Shown piece by piece: positions 31,330-44,581 of a DNA stretch of 64,000 bases; the stretch's first letter is position 1; the number at the start of each line of letters is the position of its first letter. The notes under the pieces are model-generated. The model was not told where the DNA came from and ran no database searches. It was given only the letters and a program-made list of their open reading frames with translations. Origin of the DNA: Lingula anatina (lineage: Eukaryota; Animalia; Brachiopoda); NCBI GenBank assembly GCA_051362555.1, contig CM120641.1, positions 45,762,401-45,826,400 of the forward strand, in the 5' to 3' direction. Position numbers and translations under genes: made by a program.

Positions 31330-31585
31330 GGTTGCACTCACAATGATACTATGGCATAAGGTAGTTCAAATGAACTCAGCGGGGACTCTTGCTGAATGCA
31401 ATCAGAATAGAAGATAAACAGTCCTCCTGCTGATGTTGAGTAGCATACAGAAAAGCTGGTGATTATACAAGTGCTTTGGAAACAAGAAGAGGTGCATTAA
31501 TCTGTTCATCTGATTGCATTCAGCGAGAGTCCCTGCCGAGTTAGTTCTAACCACCTAGTACAATAGTTTCATTGTGAAAGCACCC
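31330..31585 (+). mobile_element. PIF/Harbinger-like MITE family B copy 2
   Basis: TAA|ggttgcactcacaatga ... tcattgtgaaagcaccc|TTA; internal 22-bp inverted repeat at 31385-31406 / 31509-31530. Confidence 0.75.
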
Positions 31586-33249
31586 TTAGGTAAAATAAAG
31601 AGAGATAGTAAATTAGTAAATGGCTTTATCCAGTTGACAGAGAGATTCATTATACATGCAGTTTTATAGACAAATGAGTTTACTGTAAGACGTGTAAAAC
31701 AAAGTCTACTCGATTAACATGATCATGGATTAATAGTTAATGTAAAACTGAACCCTTTTAATTGACTGTCATTGTTAATTTAGTTCTGCATTTATTGTGA
31801 GTTTTAAGTGATAATTCCTGTTGCAGTTTAATTTGAGCGTGATGGAGTTAAATGCAGTTTTATTGCCAGTAGCTTTAAAGGGATCCTATGGACCATTGCA
31901 TAGTATTTAGGGCTTTTATACCTCGTTGTGGCTTTCTCATTGTAAACTGATACTTGGTGTATGCAGTCTGCCCTCTCTGTGAGGTCAGCCATGCAGACAC
32001 AACATTGGAAAAGGTTTTCAAGCACCCCTTAGGGAGAACGAAGATCACTATATAGACCCGTCTGCAAAGGCTTCCCCAGTTAATAAAGGAATATAATAAG
32101 ATTTGAGAAAAGAGTGACCCAGAAATGTGGCAGAGTGTGTCCAAGTGGTCCAAGGAATTGAAGAGAACCTGCATATGGCCACTGCCACCTGGGACTGTTG
32201 CAGAAACAGAACATTACTTTCAGGTGTATTTGGAGTGCTGGAAAACTCTCTCTCTTTTTTTTCTTGAAATATGTTCCAAATTTCCTGAAAGTAGTTGTAG
32301 AAGAGCAGACCGTAGTGTTCACATGTGCCTGGTTAACTGTTTCCGTACCACAAACCTGTGCACAACTAAACAAATTCGATAATTGTGTTTTTACTGATTT
32401 ATTTGTTTTATTGGAACCAGCACTGGTGGAATGAAAAGTGAAAAGGGGTTTCTGGTTAGATGGAAAGGGAACCTGCTCTGCAGACTCAGCTGTTGAAACC
32501 TACTGTCAAATGAAGTGCAGTTCCTTTGAAGTCACAGAAGTCATCAAATAAAAGAAAAACAATGTCAAAAACCAAACTTTATAACAACCAAGGCTGTTTT
32601 TTGAAAATGCTTTGCATAAATTTAATAAAATGTTCTTCATAACTTTTTTCATATGACTAAACCATTAATTAGGTAAGGTTTTTGATTAAGGTCAAAATGG
32701 TAGCATCATAGATTGTTTATTACTGTAGGATGATTTTCAACAGAGACTTAGGGTGGCAGAACATAAATAAGTCTCTTGATATGACAACAGGGCCCTGAAA
32801 TGTCAGGTAAACTGATGAAATAGAATAATGCTAATTATTATACCTACAACAGTTAATACAGTAAAAATATGAGACTGGAGCACATGCAGCAATGTATACA
32901 AGATCAAGTTCACAAAAGAATTTGAGTTGAAAATTACAAATTTGTTAGATTTTGACTGAAATATTTTGCCACCTTCATTCTAGGATAAATCTATTCTAGG
33001 ATAAATCTGTTAAATAACGTAACCTTAAATGCTAAACATTAACCATTTCAGACTTTTTGACCTGCTCTCTAAACTACAGCACAAGTATTACTGATCTATC
33101 CAGGGTCACAGTACACCTAAATTTTTGGTTCTTAAGTTAATACTTACAATGCCTTTTGTTGATTTGTAGAACAGCCCCCTGACTGCAATGTATTCATTGC
33201 TTTGCCATAAAGAGTGTACATTTAGGAAGCTCACCCCAGTATAAATGAA

Positions 33250-33530
33250 GGTGGGTGGATAGTGATGTGTTTAGGTCGGAATATGCTGGATAAAGAGGAT
33301 GGATGGATGTGGGTGGGTAAGGGGGGCATGGATGGATACTTATGTAGGCTGGTATAAAGTTAGTGGGTAAGGGGGGCATGGATGGATACTTATGTAGGCT
33401 GGTATATAGTGGGTGGATAGATGGATATAGTTAGGTAGGTGGATATGAAAGTGGATGGATAAGAAAGAGATGGATGGATAGTTAGGTATGTGGGTATGGA
33501 GCTGGGTGGATAAAGAGAAAGGTGGAGGGG
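33250..33530. repeat. GGAT/GGGT low-complexity tract with a 50-bp tandem duplication
   Basis: gtgggtaaggggggcatggatggatacttatgtaggctggtata occurs at 33313 and 33363. Confidence 0.8.
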
Positions 33531-36500
33531 CAGGTTGATTTATGATTTTTTTAATACTACTGTGCATAGATGTAAAATGTTGTGAAAAGATTTTTTCTAA
33601 CAAACATGATGGAAGACTGCTTGTCGTGGTCTAACTGGTAGGACAGGTGCATTGCGGTACTTTGAGTGTCTTCTGTATCAGTCAGTTAAATTATGGCATT
33701 GTCTACAGCCCAGGTTACTAACAACAACTCTTTTGTCCTTTGTTTTTGGTTCTTCTTACAGTACTCTTCACGAGCATGACCCAACATTGCAGCCATCTTG
33801 TCTCACCGGGGTTTGTCTGTGTGTTGAGTACACATCTCCCAGGAAGACATTACGTGTTGCGTATTCAGAGTAATCCATTGTTTAATTGATATTGTTAAGT
33901 AAATAAGGGTTATTGACAACTGTGGTGTCATTTGCAGACTTAAATTAAGTGTACTGCACGTGTGACAGTCCCGGAGGATATTAATATAATTTAACATAAT
34001 GATAAGAAAATTTAATCACCTATTTAAAAGTATTAATTCAACAGATTTTGGAGAAAATGATAGATATGATTATGATTTCAAATTGTTTAGCTAACTGAAG
34101 TTCGAATCTACTAGAATTTTGTACATCACTTTAATTGTATATTTACAAGTGTGGTAATTCCTATTTCTGTATTTGGAAGTAGTTTGTTGTATATTGATGG
34201 ATGTTCTACAGAAGATATGTTAAATTTCCACAAAATATTTCAGCTTCTTAGTTCCAAAAAGGAAATTTTGAAATAAAACTTCCAAAAAACATCACCACTT
34301 CGGAGAGAGGGAAGTGAATATGATCACTGAATGAAGACATTGAGTACATACAAGTGCCTTTTCAGATAGTGGCCCTTAGTTTTTATAAAATGTAATACTA
34401 TTCATAACTGACAGCAAAATATGATGATCCTATTTTGGTCCATACCTTTTTTTTTCAAAGTGCAAGTCATCGGTAGCTAAATATGCATTTCTCTGTCAAC
34501 AAAGGTTGAAATTCTCAATGTAAAATGTGATTGCCTCAGATACTATGTACTTTGACTTGTGACCGCCTGCAGACCAGCTGCTAATAATAAGGCAAGATAG
34601 CCTACCTAGAATTTTCATGCAGCATTTAGGCATTATGCTAATTGTAACTTATGGTTATTTTTCAAATAAATTTGCCTCTAACTTGAATCAATATCATCAG
34701 ATCTTGGTAAGAGCATGCCAAAAATGCTTTAACATCTGCTCAAAGCCAAATTAAGGCCTGGCCACACTTTTTTTTCTGTTATAGGCTTTATAAAAAATTT
34801 TTAAACTATGGTAGAGTTCTGGTGACCTGTCTGTCTCAACATTACTTTTTGAGCGAGCAAGCTGAAGGTAGAATTGGACAGTTAATAGAAATTAAGTTTG
34901 AAATGTTTGTTTTTTTTTGTTATTGTTGTTGAATGCTTTGAAGCATTGTTCTCTGAAGTTTTTTCTGTATATTTAAAATATGAAACATCATATCATATAT
35001 TCTCAATACAATTCTCAACTGTTCACTATCAATGATCCTACCACAGTCACATTGGTTTTGTTGCTAGGTTTGACTTAAGAAGAAAGTTTTTCTAAATTTT
35101 TGTGGTAGAAAAAAAAAAAAAAACAAGTATGATTTGTACACATCTCAGCTTAAATGAAGAATGTGTTTGATCATAAGATATTCAGTGTGTCTCTGTTACA
35201 TGTACACTCGCGGTGTTTACTGGTACCAATATGGATTTTACATAATACAATATAATACAAACAGAGGGAATCCTCTCCCCCCCCCCCCCCACCCCCACCC
35301 CCATTTCTATTATAGCAGATGTCATGTTGGGTGTCATATTTGCGAGGTCATGGTGAACCTCAAGTCCTACATGTCAGTCAGAGTGTTAAGGGAACATTAC
35401 AGGTGTGATATAATTGATGACCATTAAATGAGTAAACAGCAGTGTTAGTCATGAAGGGAGGCTCACCTTTTTGGTTTTCTTTGATGTTATGTATGAGTTG
35501 GTAACAAACTGCATCTTGCTGGTTTAACTTACAATGGTTAAAGAAAGAAAAACGAACAGCATAATATTTCCCCTTTAGTACGCGTTACTGATTTTTTGAG
35601 CCAGTAGGATTTTCATGAATTAACTTCAGGTTTAAAGTAGACTTAGCTTAAAGACCAAAGATTTTAGTCTGCTTTGACTCAAAGAAGATCCAGTACATTG
35701 AAATAAGGTAGTTTGCTTGCTTTATAGTTACTGGCCTGCTACAGATTTATCTAGCTTGTATTAACCAATATGTTGGTCTGAAAATTCTTTAATAAAACCA
35801 GCCCCAAAACCCACCTCTTTTAACTTGTTTAAGTTATGTATTATCTGTATGTTATTTTATAATGCAGCTGAGAAGTTGCCCCAATATTGCTAACCATATT
35901 GAGTTGATTTCATTTACAAACATCCAGTAAGGTAAATACTTCAATTTATTTATGGTCAGCACTGAAAATAAATGTTAAAATGAAAGTTTTGTTATACTTG
36001 ACTGAAGAATTAATTTGTCTAGATTCAGATGAATTTTTAAAAAATATTTCATCAAAGATTAGAAACGATCTAGAAACCCTTTTTGTTTAAGATTGACTCA
36101 GTTGAATATTTTGGTAAAATTGTTTTCCAGTGAGAGGAATTGATAAAATTATAAGAATGTACATGCAAATTGCAGTGCAAATGAGTCATTACTTAGAAAC
36201 CCATACTTGCACTAATCAAAGTCTTACAGGACAACTTATTAGATCCCAAGCTGTTCTTGCATTATTATAAATTCAAGTTTCATGTCGGATTATGTAGAAT
36301 GAAATGCAAAGTGACTTATTTCTAAATTCGGTTATAGATTTAAGAAAAAAAAAATACCCCCCTTTATGAGAAGCTTATGTATTAACCTTAGATTTGAAAT
36401 TAAATTTCCCCAAAAAAGTAAGTTGTTTAAGAGTGAACCATAAATCTCCGTCTACAAGCACTGGAGTGTGGAAATTGAGGTGGTTCTGGGTCTTTTCCAA

Positions 36501-39347
36501 TGCTAATTAGCCCTGGGTTTCCTTTTGATTGTTTAAAGTTTTTTTTTTAACTTCAAGATTTTCATTGAAAATTAGTACATATGGGAAGAATGTTACTCCC
36601 AACTCCAAGTCAGCTTGCAGAGTCAAAGAAAATAAATTTTTGAATTTTCAAAAGAATGGGAGTTTTAGTTCCACTGCAAGTACCCATCAGTAACTGTATA
36701 CTGTAAATTTTGAGATTATGGGCATAAAAGACAAGTTGCTTTGATGTTTCAAAAATGACATTTTAGTCAAAGTGCTATGTTCTTTTGAATGTTTGATTTT
36801 TTTTTGTTTTAGACAAAGGTGAATGTGAAAGTTTGTCTTTGCAGATATTTTAGATCTCTCAAGAGTTGAATTCCTTAAGATGGAAACATCTTTGCTGATA
36901 TGAGAAAGTGATATTAAAATTGCACGTTACAACTATTTCTGAGCATTGCAATTAATTTATGAAACAAGTGATTTGGCCGTAAATAAAAAAACTCACATGG
37001 TATAGCCAGAAAGAGTAAAGATAGGCTAATTAGCTGAAATGCAGACATATAAAAACTAATTGACTGAAGTAAGCAAATCAATGCGCAATAAAACTTTCTG
37101 AAGAAATGCATTACGACATGTACATGACTTGACGTTTTTGAAGTGTCTGTCTGATTCGGGGTTTATGTTCACAAATGTCACCCACCCTCAAGTTATGCAA
37201 TATTGCAATTTTTGAAGATTAATTTTTTAGCTACAAAAACATACTTCCTTCCATGAACCACTTTCTATACTTTTTTTCAGAATGTATGCACTTCTACATA
37301 AATCCAAAGGTTATATGGATTATTTTCTTTAATTAATGTCATTAAAACCTATTAGTTTGTCTGTAGTTCTGCTTACTATGAACATAAGAAGTCTTTAATG
37401 ATGTAAGTGGCAATTAACTGCAACCATGTGAGGAGGCATACCTTGCTTTTGTCAGAAAAAATGTGATATGTAGATTTTTTCTTGTCCTTTTTGTTCATAT
37501 ATATATATTCATCTTACATCTGAAATAAAGGAAACTGCCATCTCATTTGAAATGATGTTTTTATCAAATGAATAAATCAGTGATTTATTCAAGACAAAAT
37601 GTGTCAGTTGCAAATAGATTTACTAGTATTTACATGAATTTGTATTTTCAGTTAAATTGCTAATGTAGACTCCCTTTTCAACTTTGGAAAGGGATCAGAA
37701 TTGGTTTTGAGCGTGTAATTTGTTAACCACTACAGAGACCATCTTGAACTTCACAATGAATGTGTAGACACATGGAGGTCAGCTTAGTATCTACAATTTT
37801 AATTAAGCCTTTTTAGTGTTCCAGAAGCATAACCTCTTTTGAAAAATGGACTCATTTCATTGCTTTTTTATAAGTTCTGACTTGCACCTTAGTTAAGACT
37901 AGTTGTATTGTTAGAATCAACAAGTTTTTTTTAGGCATCTAGGTATTTGCATGCGAAATAAAAAAATAATAATCAGTTAGTTATTTTCTGAGTTAAGTCT
38001 GAGTTATATATACTTACAAACTAGTTATATAATTCTGTCACCACATTGGTGACATCAGGCAAGTAAATCATGCAGCTGAGACAAAACCCCTATGTTCATT
38101 TTTTTCTTTTATTCCAGAGAAAAATAATTAAAAGCTGCCCAAATTCCTTGTAAACAGATTGAACGTCAACTCCGCAGAAAATATTACTGGGAAGAAAAGA
38201 TGGGAGAATAATTATAGGTGCAAAATTATATCTTGACAGTATCTGGTAACTTAGTTATAACCCTGCTTTCAGAAAGTGATAATCACACAAATTGCATTTT
38301 GACACCATCAGATAACGTCTTTAGACCTGAGCTGGGGAGAATGATTATGACTCAAAATTGTAATGTTGACAGAATCTGATAATGTCCATAAATCCCAACT
38401 CTCGGATTTTGACTTTCTTATTGAAAAAAGATATAATCCTGAAAACAAAGAAAGCAGCTTTTCACAGAGGATTTTGATGAATGAGGCCCATTAGTCTAAG
38501 TCAGTACCCAAAGGCCGCTTTGACCAACTATGGCAGGGGGGCAAATGATGTAATTACAATGAGCCATATCTAATAGATACTCATTAGGACCATCCAATTC
38601 TTCAATGGACCGCTGAGAGAGATAATATCAGGGGTTAAACTCTTCCCAAGCTCAAGTGAAATATTTGCATGGCCTTTCGTACCCATTACAAGATTAAGCG
38701 CTGTTTCTTTTGTTTTTTAGTGATCTCCGCAGGGGGTTGGGTTCAGGGTGAATTGGATTATGGGTTGATTAACGAGGTGTGATCGGAGATGATAGGAGAT
38801 AGAGGGTCTGTTTTCCAACTTGCTAATCCAATAAAGGAAACATATTATACAGATGAGGTGGGCACCCGCGGGACTGAATGAACTTGGTAATTGAGCAAAA
38901 ATGAAGGAAATGGGCATCTGAAAAAGTGGTTCTTAGGGAAGATTTGTAGACTAGACCTGGAGACCCTTTATCTTGTACTAATTACCTAGAGGGTTGTTTC
39001 AGTTATCCTTTGTCTTGGCCCGAGATTGAAAGTGCTCGGCAGGAACCATGTGTTTATAATGACCCTTAAAACAAGACCAAGTTTCTGAGAAGGACGGGGA
39101 CTTTGGAAGCCCTTGAATATGGTGAGCGCAAAAGAGCAATTATTCCTTGCGAGGTACATTCGGGAATTGCTGTTGTCAGTAATGGTTCTATGGAGATTCT
39201 TTAGATAAGGCCAAAATGTCCCAGAACTGGCATGTATTTTCATGTTTAAAAGATGTCGTTTGAAGGGGAAATGAACGTGGGTTGAAGCAGGGAGGTTGTG
39301 CTAATTTTATGGCCCAGACCCTAAGAGTCTGCATCACCCTCGCAGCA

Positions 39348-39358
39348 CCGCCATTTTG
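39348..39358 (+). promoter_or_regulatory. YY1 consensus site in a putative internal promoter/5'UTR
   Basis: CCGCCATTTTG matches the YY1 consensus; it lies about 60 nt upstream of the ATG of candidate exon 1c, within a roughly 1-kb GC-elevated non-repetitive block. Confidence 0.45.
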
Positions 39359-39416
39359 GTGCGATATCCGAAAAAAGCAGGCCATTGCTGGCAGCTCGCA
39401 CCTTGGAAGTCGTGTG

Positions 39417-39481
39417 ATGGATCTTTCGCTTCATGGTTATAACACGGGGCAGGAGAATGACTTGTGTTTCCGTCACTCATG
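39417..39481 (+). CDS. NPAS3: candidate alternative first coding exon 1c of trh/NPAS1/3 (MDLSLHGYNTGQENDLCFRHS-C)
   Basis: ATG at 39417 (gtgATGg context), 21 codons + 2 nt, CATG|GTAAGT donor; phase 2 joins 49005 in frame. Confidence 0.6.
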
Positions 39482-41781
39482 GTAAGTTATTGGTGACAAG
39501 AAAAGAGAGCTGAACACCAAAATTATTCATTGTAGCTAAAATTACATGTAGTATTATTGTTTTCTATAACAAGAATTGTTTTGAAACTCCATTATTTTTT
39601 TATTTTTTATATGACAGAAAAAATGAATTTTAAGTAGAAGTTTTAAGAATAAGAAGTGAAATGCTGATGTATGAAGCGATAATGGCAAACAAGTGCGATC
39701 ATGATTTACAGTTAAATATCTTGATGAGTTTTTTGCAGGAAACCTAAGGTAGAAAATGACTTAATGTCAGGTAAACTGGGTTAAAACAGTCTTACAAAGA
39801 CCAAGGTGTGCAAAAAGATAAATGATGCAACTTTTTTGCTGTATGCTCCAATTCACAAGGACAATCATGTTTTATGGCAATAAAAATAATGCAATAACAA
39901 CAATAATAATGATAATATAGTACAGAAGTTTTTTTTTTTTTGTTTGAAGTCGTTAATAATGAATGCCTTGCCTCTCACAAAATGATTAATGGAGCATCTC
40001 TTTTACTGCTTTTATGCACAAGGATAATAATAATGATAATAATAATAATAATAATCTTTAAGATTGTTCATAGCTCCAGGGATTTCTATTTACTAATGCA
40101 CATAATTTCACCAATTACATCACCGAGTGAGAATCATCCACAGGTCTACCAGCACGTAACGACCTGGGGGCATTTAGCCTGATATAGTGCTCTTGAGACA
40201 AGAGCAAAATGTAGTTGTTCCACTTATAATTTTGTTCCAAAGTTAATGAGTACTAGCAGTTAAATGTTAGTAAATAATAATATAGTGTTATTTTAGCTAT
40301 AGGCCAATGATACTGTTAGGGACAGAATCATAACTTATAGAGGGGAAGGGATTCAAAGTTATAACATCCCCCCACCCCATTCATAAATCTGAATCTGCAG
40401 ACTTATTTTTGTATGGTGTAGTGTTCAGATATGGCAAGGTGCCACGTAGCCCCTTTCAGTTTAAACCAAACATTGGAATTATTGGTTTGTTGGGATGTAA
40501 ATTATTTTTATAATGCAAATTGTGTGCTTTTGTTTCACTGTAGCAAAAAAACAGACACTGACACAAAAGGTTGTTTGGTATTCAATTTTTAAAAAATCAT
40601 TTCAATACCTTCAATGAATGCTTTTGCAGTACTGTATGGGCTTACTATGTTTAAACATATCCCTGAAGGATGGATATATAAAGAAAAAAGTAAATCATTA
40701 TACCGCATTTTAAATGGAGCACATCTGTTTTTGACTAGTTTAAAGAGTGGTTTTTACTCCATATATATATTCATATCATAATTTTGCCTCTTTCTTCTCC
40801 AGTTTGTCAATTGATTCTAAGCTCCAAAGACATTTTAGCGACAAAACCTCATATTTAAGAAAATATTTATATTTGCAAATACAGAATTTTTCCCCATTTT
40901 TTCAAAATTAAACTGGAATGGTGGGAATTGGGAATTTGAGTCCAATTTTCACATGAAATTGGGAACTATTATTTTGAAAAGCATGATGGCCTCCTTGATA
41001 GTAGAACTCTATTCACTCTAATGGATTTGAATTAGCCAGCAAGCAAAGGTTTGCATTCCCAAAAGAACTTAAGTTTGAAAGTACTTATAAGACTGAAAGT
41101 TATGGTCCACTTCAGTTCAGGATATAGTTGTTACAAGTATATGAATGATTTTTATAGAATGTAATAAGGCTATTAGGTGTGTCTTTTTTGTTTGTATGTT
41201 TTTTAATTAACAAGCACAATTCTTAATTTAATGGTGTATTTTTGATTTACCTTGGACCAGAGCAGATTAATTTTTTTTTCCTTGAAAAGGTTTCGGTCTT
41301 CATTTTTTTTTGTGAAACCTCCCCAGTTTGCAGTTTTTTTTTCTGTATCCCATAATGCAACTCACTGAATCTTCCTATGGAAATATATAGTTATTTAGAA
41401 TTGCTAATGAATAGGGAGTCTATTTTTATGGCATTAAAAAAACTGCCTAGAATGCTTGTTATGTGGCAGTATACTATGCGGAACGGACAAGTTTTATGCA
41501 AATCGATTGTGCCTGTACCATTAAAGTGCTTGCCCCATTTATTTCAAACCCACTATCTTTTTGCATATTATAAACATTATAAGTGGTTTTAGGGAGTGCA
41601 TATATATAGTAAACCTTGGCTTGACTGTATGGGGATGAGGTCAGGGCTGCTTTACTTCTCCAAATATAGAACTAACACACAAGGGAAGGAGAGAGCATGG
41701 CCGATAATAATGTGGCTGAAAAAAATATCGCTGGAGCAACGTTGAAATTGACTTGAATAGGAGTCTGACTGACGAGAGGAC

Positions 41782-41786
41782 ATGCC
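41782..41786 (+). CDS. NPAS3: candidate alternative first exon 1d contributing only Met-Pro
   Basis: In-frame TGA at 41770, ATGCC|GTAAGT, phase 2; TATATATA at 41601-41608 about 180 nt upstream. Confidence 0.4.
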
Positions 41787-43019
41787 GTAAGTAGCCTTTG
41801 ATCATTATTCCACGGAGGTTTTTTTACCTCGAGGTCTTCAGGTGTCTCATGCCTGCTGGTAAATGGGGTTAGATATATGTTTTTAATAGCATTGATATTT
41901 TATTAGGACTCCCTCTTGTAGAGTTGCCATTTGCTGAGGAGATGTCCTTTATGAACTGCCTCTACAGTGGCATACGTATTGATGACTCGATATGGCTTAG
42001 TTGACAATGCTGTAGTGATTCCATTCAATTTTATTTTATGATTCTACTTCTTGATGATTTTTTTCTTGGCAGAACAACTACGCAGATAGGGGTATTGGCA
42101 TTTTAATACTTACAGAATATTTAGTGAAAAGAGGAAATAGCCTGCATGATTTTGGTGATCTTTTGATATTTTTCTGAACTATGACAAGTTTTTTCTCTTT
42201 TTTTATATAGAATAAATGTTATGACCATAGAAAAAGATGTATTTTCTTCTTTTTGATGAAAAGGGAGATGGGGGCATTAAAAATTTAAGGAATGTTCAAA
42301 AGTTGTTTTGTGTTAAAGAACATGAAATTTACTTCTTTAGGAGGGCAAAAACAAAGAGATTTGTCACTAGCTGAGTTTGAAGAAATGAAAAGAATAAATC
42401 CCCAAAGCAAAAAATTGACCAGAACTGAAGTATTTTGTCTCCACTAGGTGACTAGCATAACCTGAGCATAGCAAGCAGGCAAATGTGCATTTGTGTTTCA
42501 ACAGTCTGTTTTTTGTGGAATTTCATTCCATAGCCCTGTGTGTCACAAGTTGACCCAGGTGGCGACTTCAAACCTTGGTTTCCCCTTAATGTTTTTGTCT
42601 TATCTCTAGATCAGAGACCTGCCGTGCCACTTTTCCTAGTGTTGGTAGAGCATCATGATATATATACTTCTTCTTTTAGTGAATTCTGTCTTAGTGAATT
42701 CTGTCAAGAATACTTTTTCTGAAGACACAAATGCTTACAAGGCTGTTGTGTCCTGTTAAAGTTAGTGTCTAGAGATTATATTCTATGATATATTATTGTC
42801 TCAAAGAATTGTGATACTGTTTTCTTGTTTTGTTTGTAGGTTTATGGTTGGTATATAATTCCTCTGATTTTACTAGATAGTAATATAGGGGGTATCCATC
42901 ATAAGCTAAAGTAACAAATAATTGATAAGAATACTAAACTGTGGCGTTACCAAGATTTTATGGTAGAGTTAAACATAAAGAAGTTCGTAGGATTAAACAT
43001 GCATGTGTGTACACCCACG

Positions 43020-43051
43020 CACACACACATAGTCACACACACACATTCACA

Positions 43052-43096
<45 letters not shown>
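43020..43096. repeat. (CA)n microsatellite, interrupted
   Basis: Read directly from the sequence. Confidence 0.9.
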
Positions 43097-43098
<2 letters not shown>

Positions 43099-43216
43099 TA
43101 TTTATGTTGTATTTCCTATGTAAATGCACTATTTATGTTTTCTTGTCTGATAATTATCACCATTTTGTGGTGTCTGTTCATTTAATATAGATGATAATGT
43201 TTAAGCAGTGCTTTTT

Positions 43217-43339
43217 ATGTAGATGCACATTGTGTCTCACAGTCTGTACATACAGCCATCACCTGCGTCTCTTGTCGCCGCCATGCACTTTTTACTGTTA
43301 AAGCAATATATGGAAAAGTGTTTGACTTATTATCCTAAA
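43217..43339 (+). mobile_element. degenerate 5' end of the HINE/Helentron-type family seen at 59495
   Basis: gtctgtacatacagccatcacctgcgtctcttgtcgccgccatgcacttt matches gtctgtacatattgccatcacctgcgtctgtcgtcgcc...gtgcacttt. Confidence 0.65.
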
Positions 43340-43534
43340 CAAGTCCATAACCAGGGGGTTTCGGGGGGGGGGGGGGGGTTAGAAAGAAACACCCTTTTTG
43401 CTGGGGAAAAGGTTAGCTCTGAATAAAATGTGATCTGCGTAGGTACATGAAGATCTTATGGTAAAAGGTCCACTTTTTTAGAAAAAAGAGCCCCCCCCCC
43501 CCCTTCCCCTTTGAAATTGCTGACTACAGGCTTG
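43340..43534 (-). mobile_element. MITE family A copy 4
   Basis: caagtccataaccag ... ctgactacaggcttg; core ggtaaaaggtccactttttt. Confidence 0.65.
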
Positions 43535-44581
43535 CTCAAACTTACTGGAGTGATTTATTTTAGTATGGAATTTAATGTGGCATTAATTTAGCTTGATAAA
43601 GGTTGTGCTGTGAAAATATTTTAACTTGTGAGCTACCTAAATCAATAATAGTGAAATAAATAAATGGTTATAGATAAAACTAGTCTTTATAGGTGTATTT
43701 TTAGATGTTTTATCTGTTTGATGTCATAGAATTTTCTCCCACTTCTCAGAGAAGAGATGTACTTTTTTAGATATAAAACAGGAAGAAAAAAGAAAATAGG
43801 GTAAAGTATAAAATCTTTTATACTGACTAAAATCATTATTTGTTCTGATCTTACACATAAAGTGCCACCTCATAATTTTCTTTGAAAAATAAGAAGGAAA
43901 CTCGGCACCATAGTATCCCATAGTTCTGAACTGTAGCATGTAAAGGTTACACCGAGGTTGCCATTGTCATTTGAGGTTAAGTGTTCTATTAGAACTGGTG
44001 ATATATGACTTGACCTTTCTTTTCAGAAGGTCTGATGAACATCCCTCTTGTAACCCCCAGTTGAAAACTAACCTTAGTACAGAATGAGAACAATTTGAGA
44101 AGTTGTGAAACTCGACTCTTTGCGGTTGGACCACAGTAATGACCTTGATGTTGAAACTTATTGTCACCTTAAAGATAAAAGGAGGAATTACAATTTTTCA
44201 CATTTTAGTCAAACTTTGGATGTTTGTTTAACAATTTTTTTTTACGCATTTCTTATCTATCTTGCTCTGAACAGTTTTATCTCCATATATCAGAAGGGGC
44301 ATCTCTCTGGTTTGATTACAATGTGGCAGCATTTTTTAAGACATATTTTACCTATTCTATATCAATTTTAAAAATGGTATATTTGAGTCCTATGGAGATT
44401 ATTTTTTGGGGGATAAAAATTAACGACCCTCTTAAAAACAGATAACAGAGCCAGGCTTAGATAATCAACATACATTTATCTACTAAAACTTTACCCTCTT
44501 GTCATATATACATACCCGTAGCTATAGAAAATCAGAGAGCACAGCGCCTCTGCTAAGGCACCTCAGTTCTCATTATATTAA

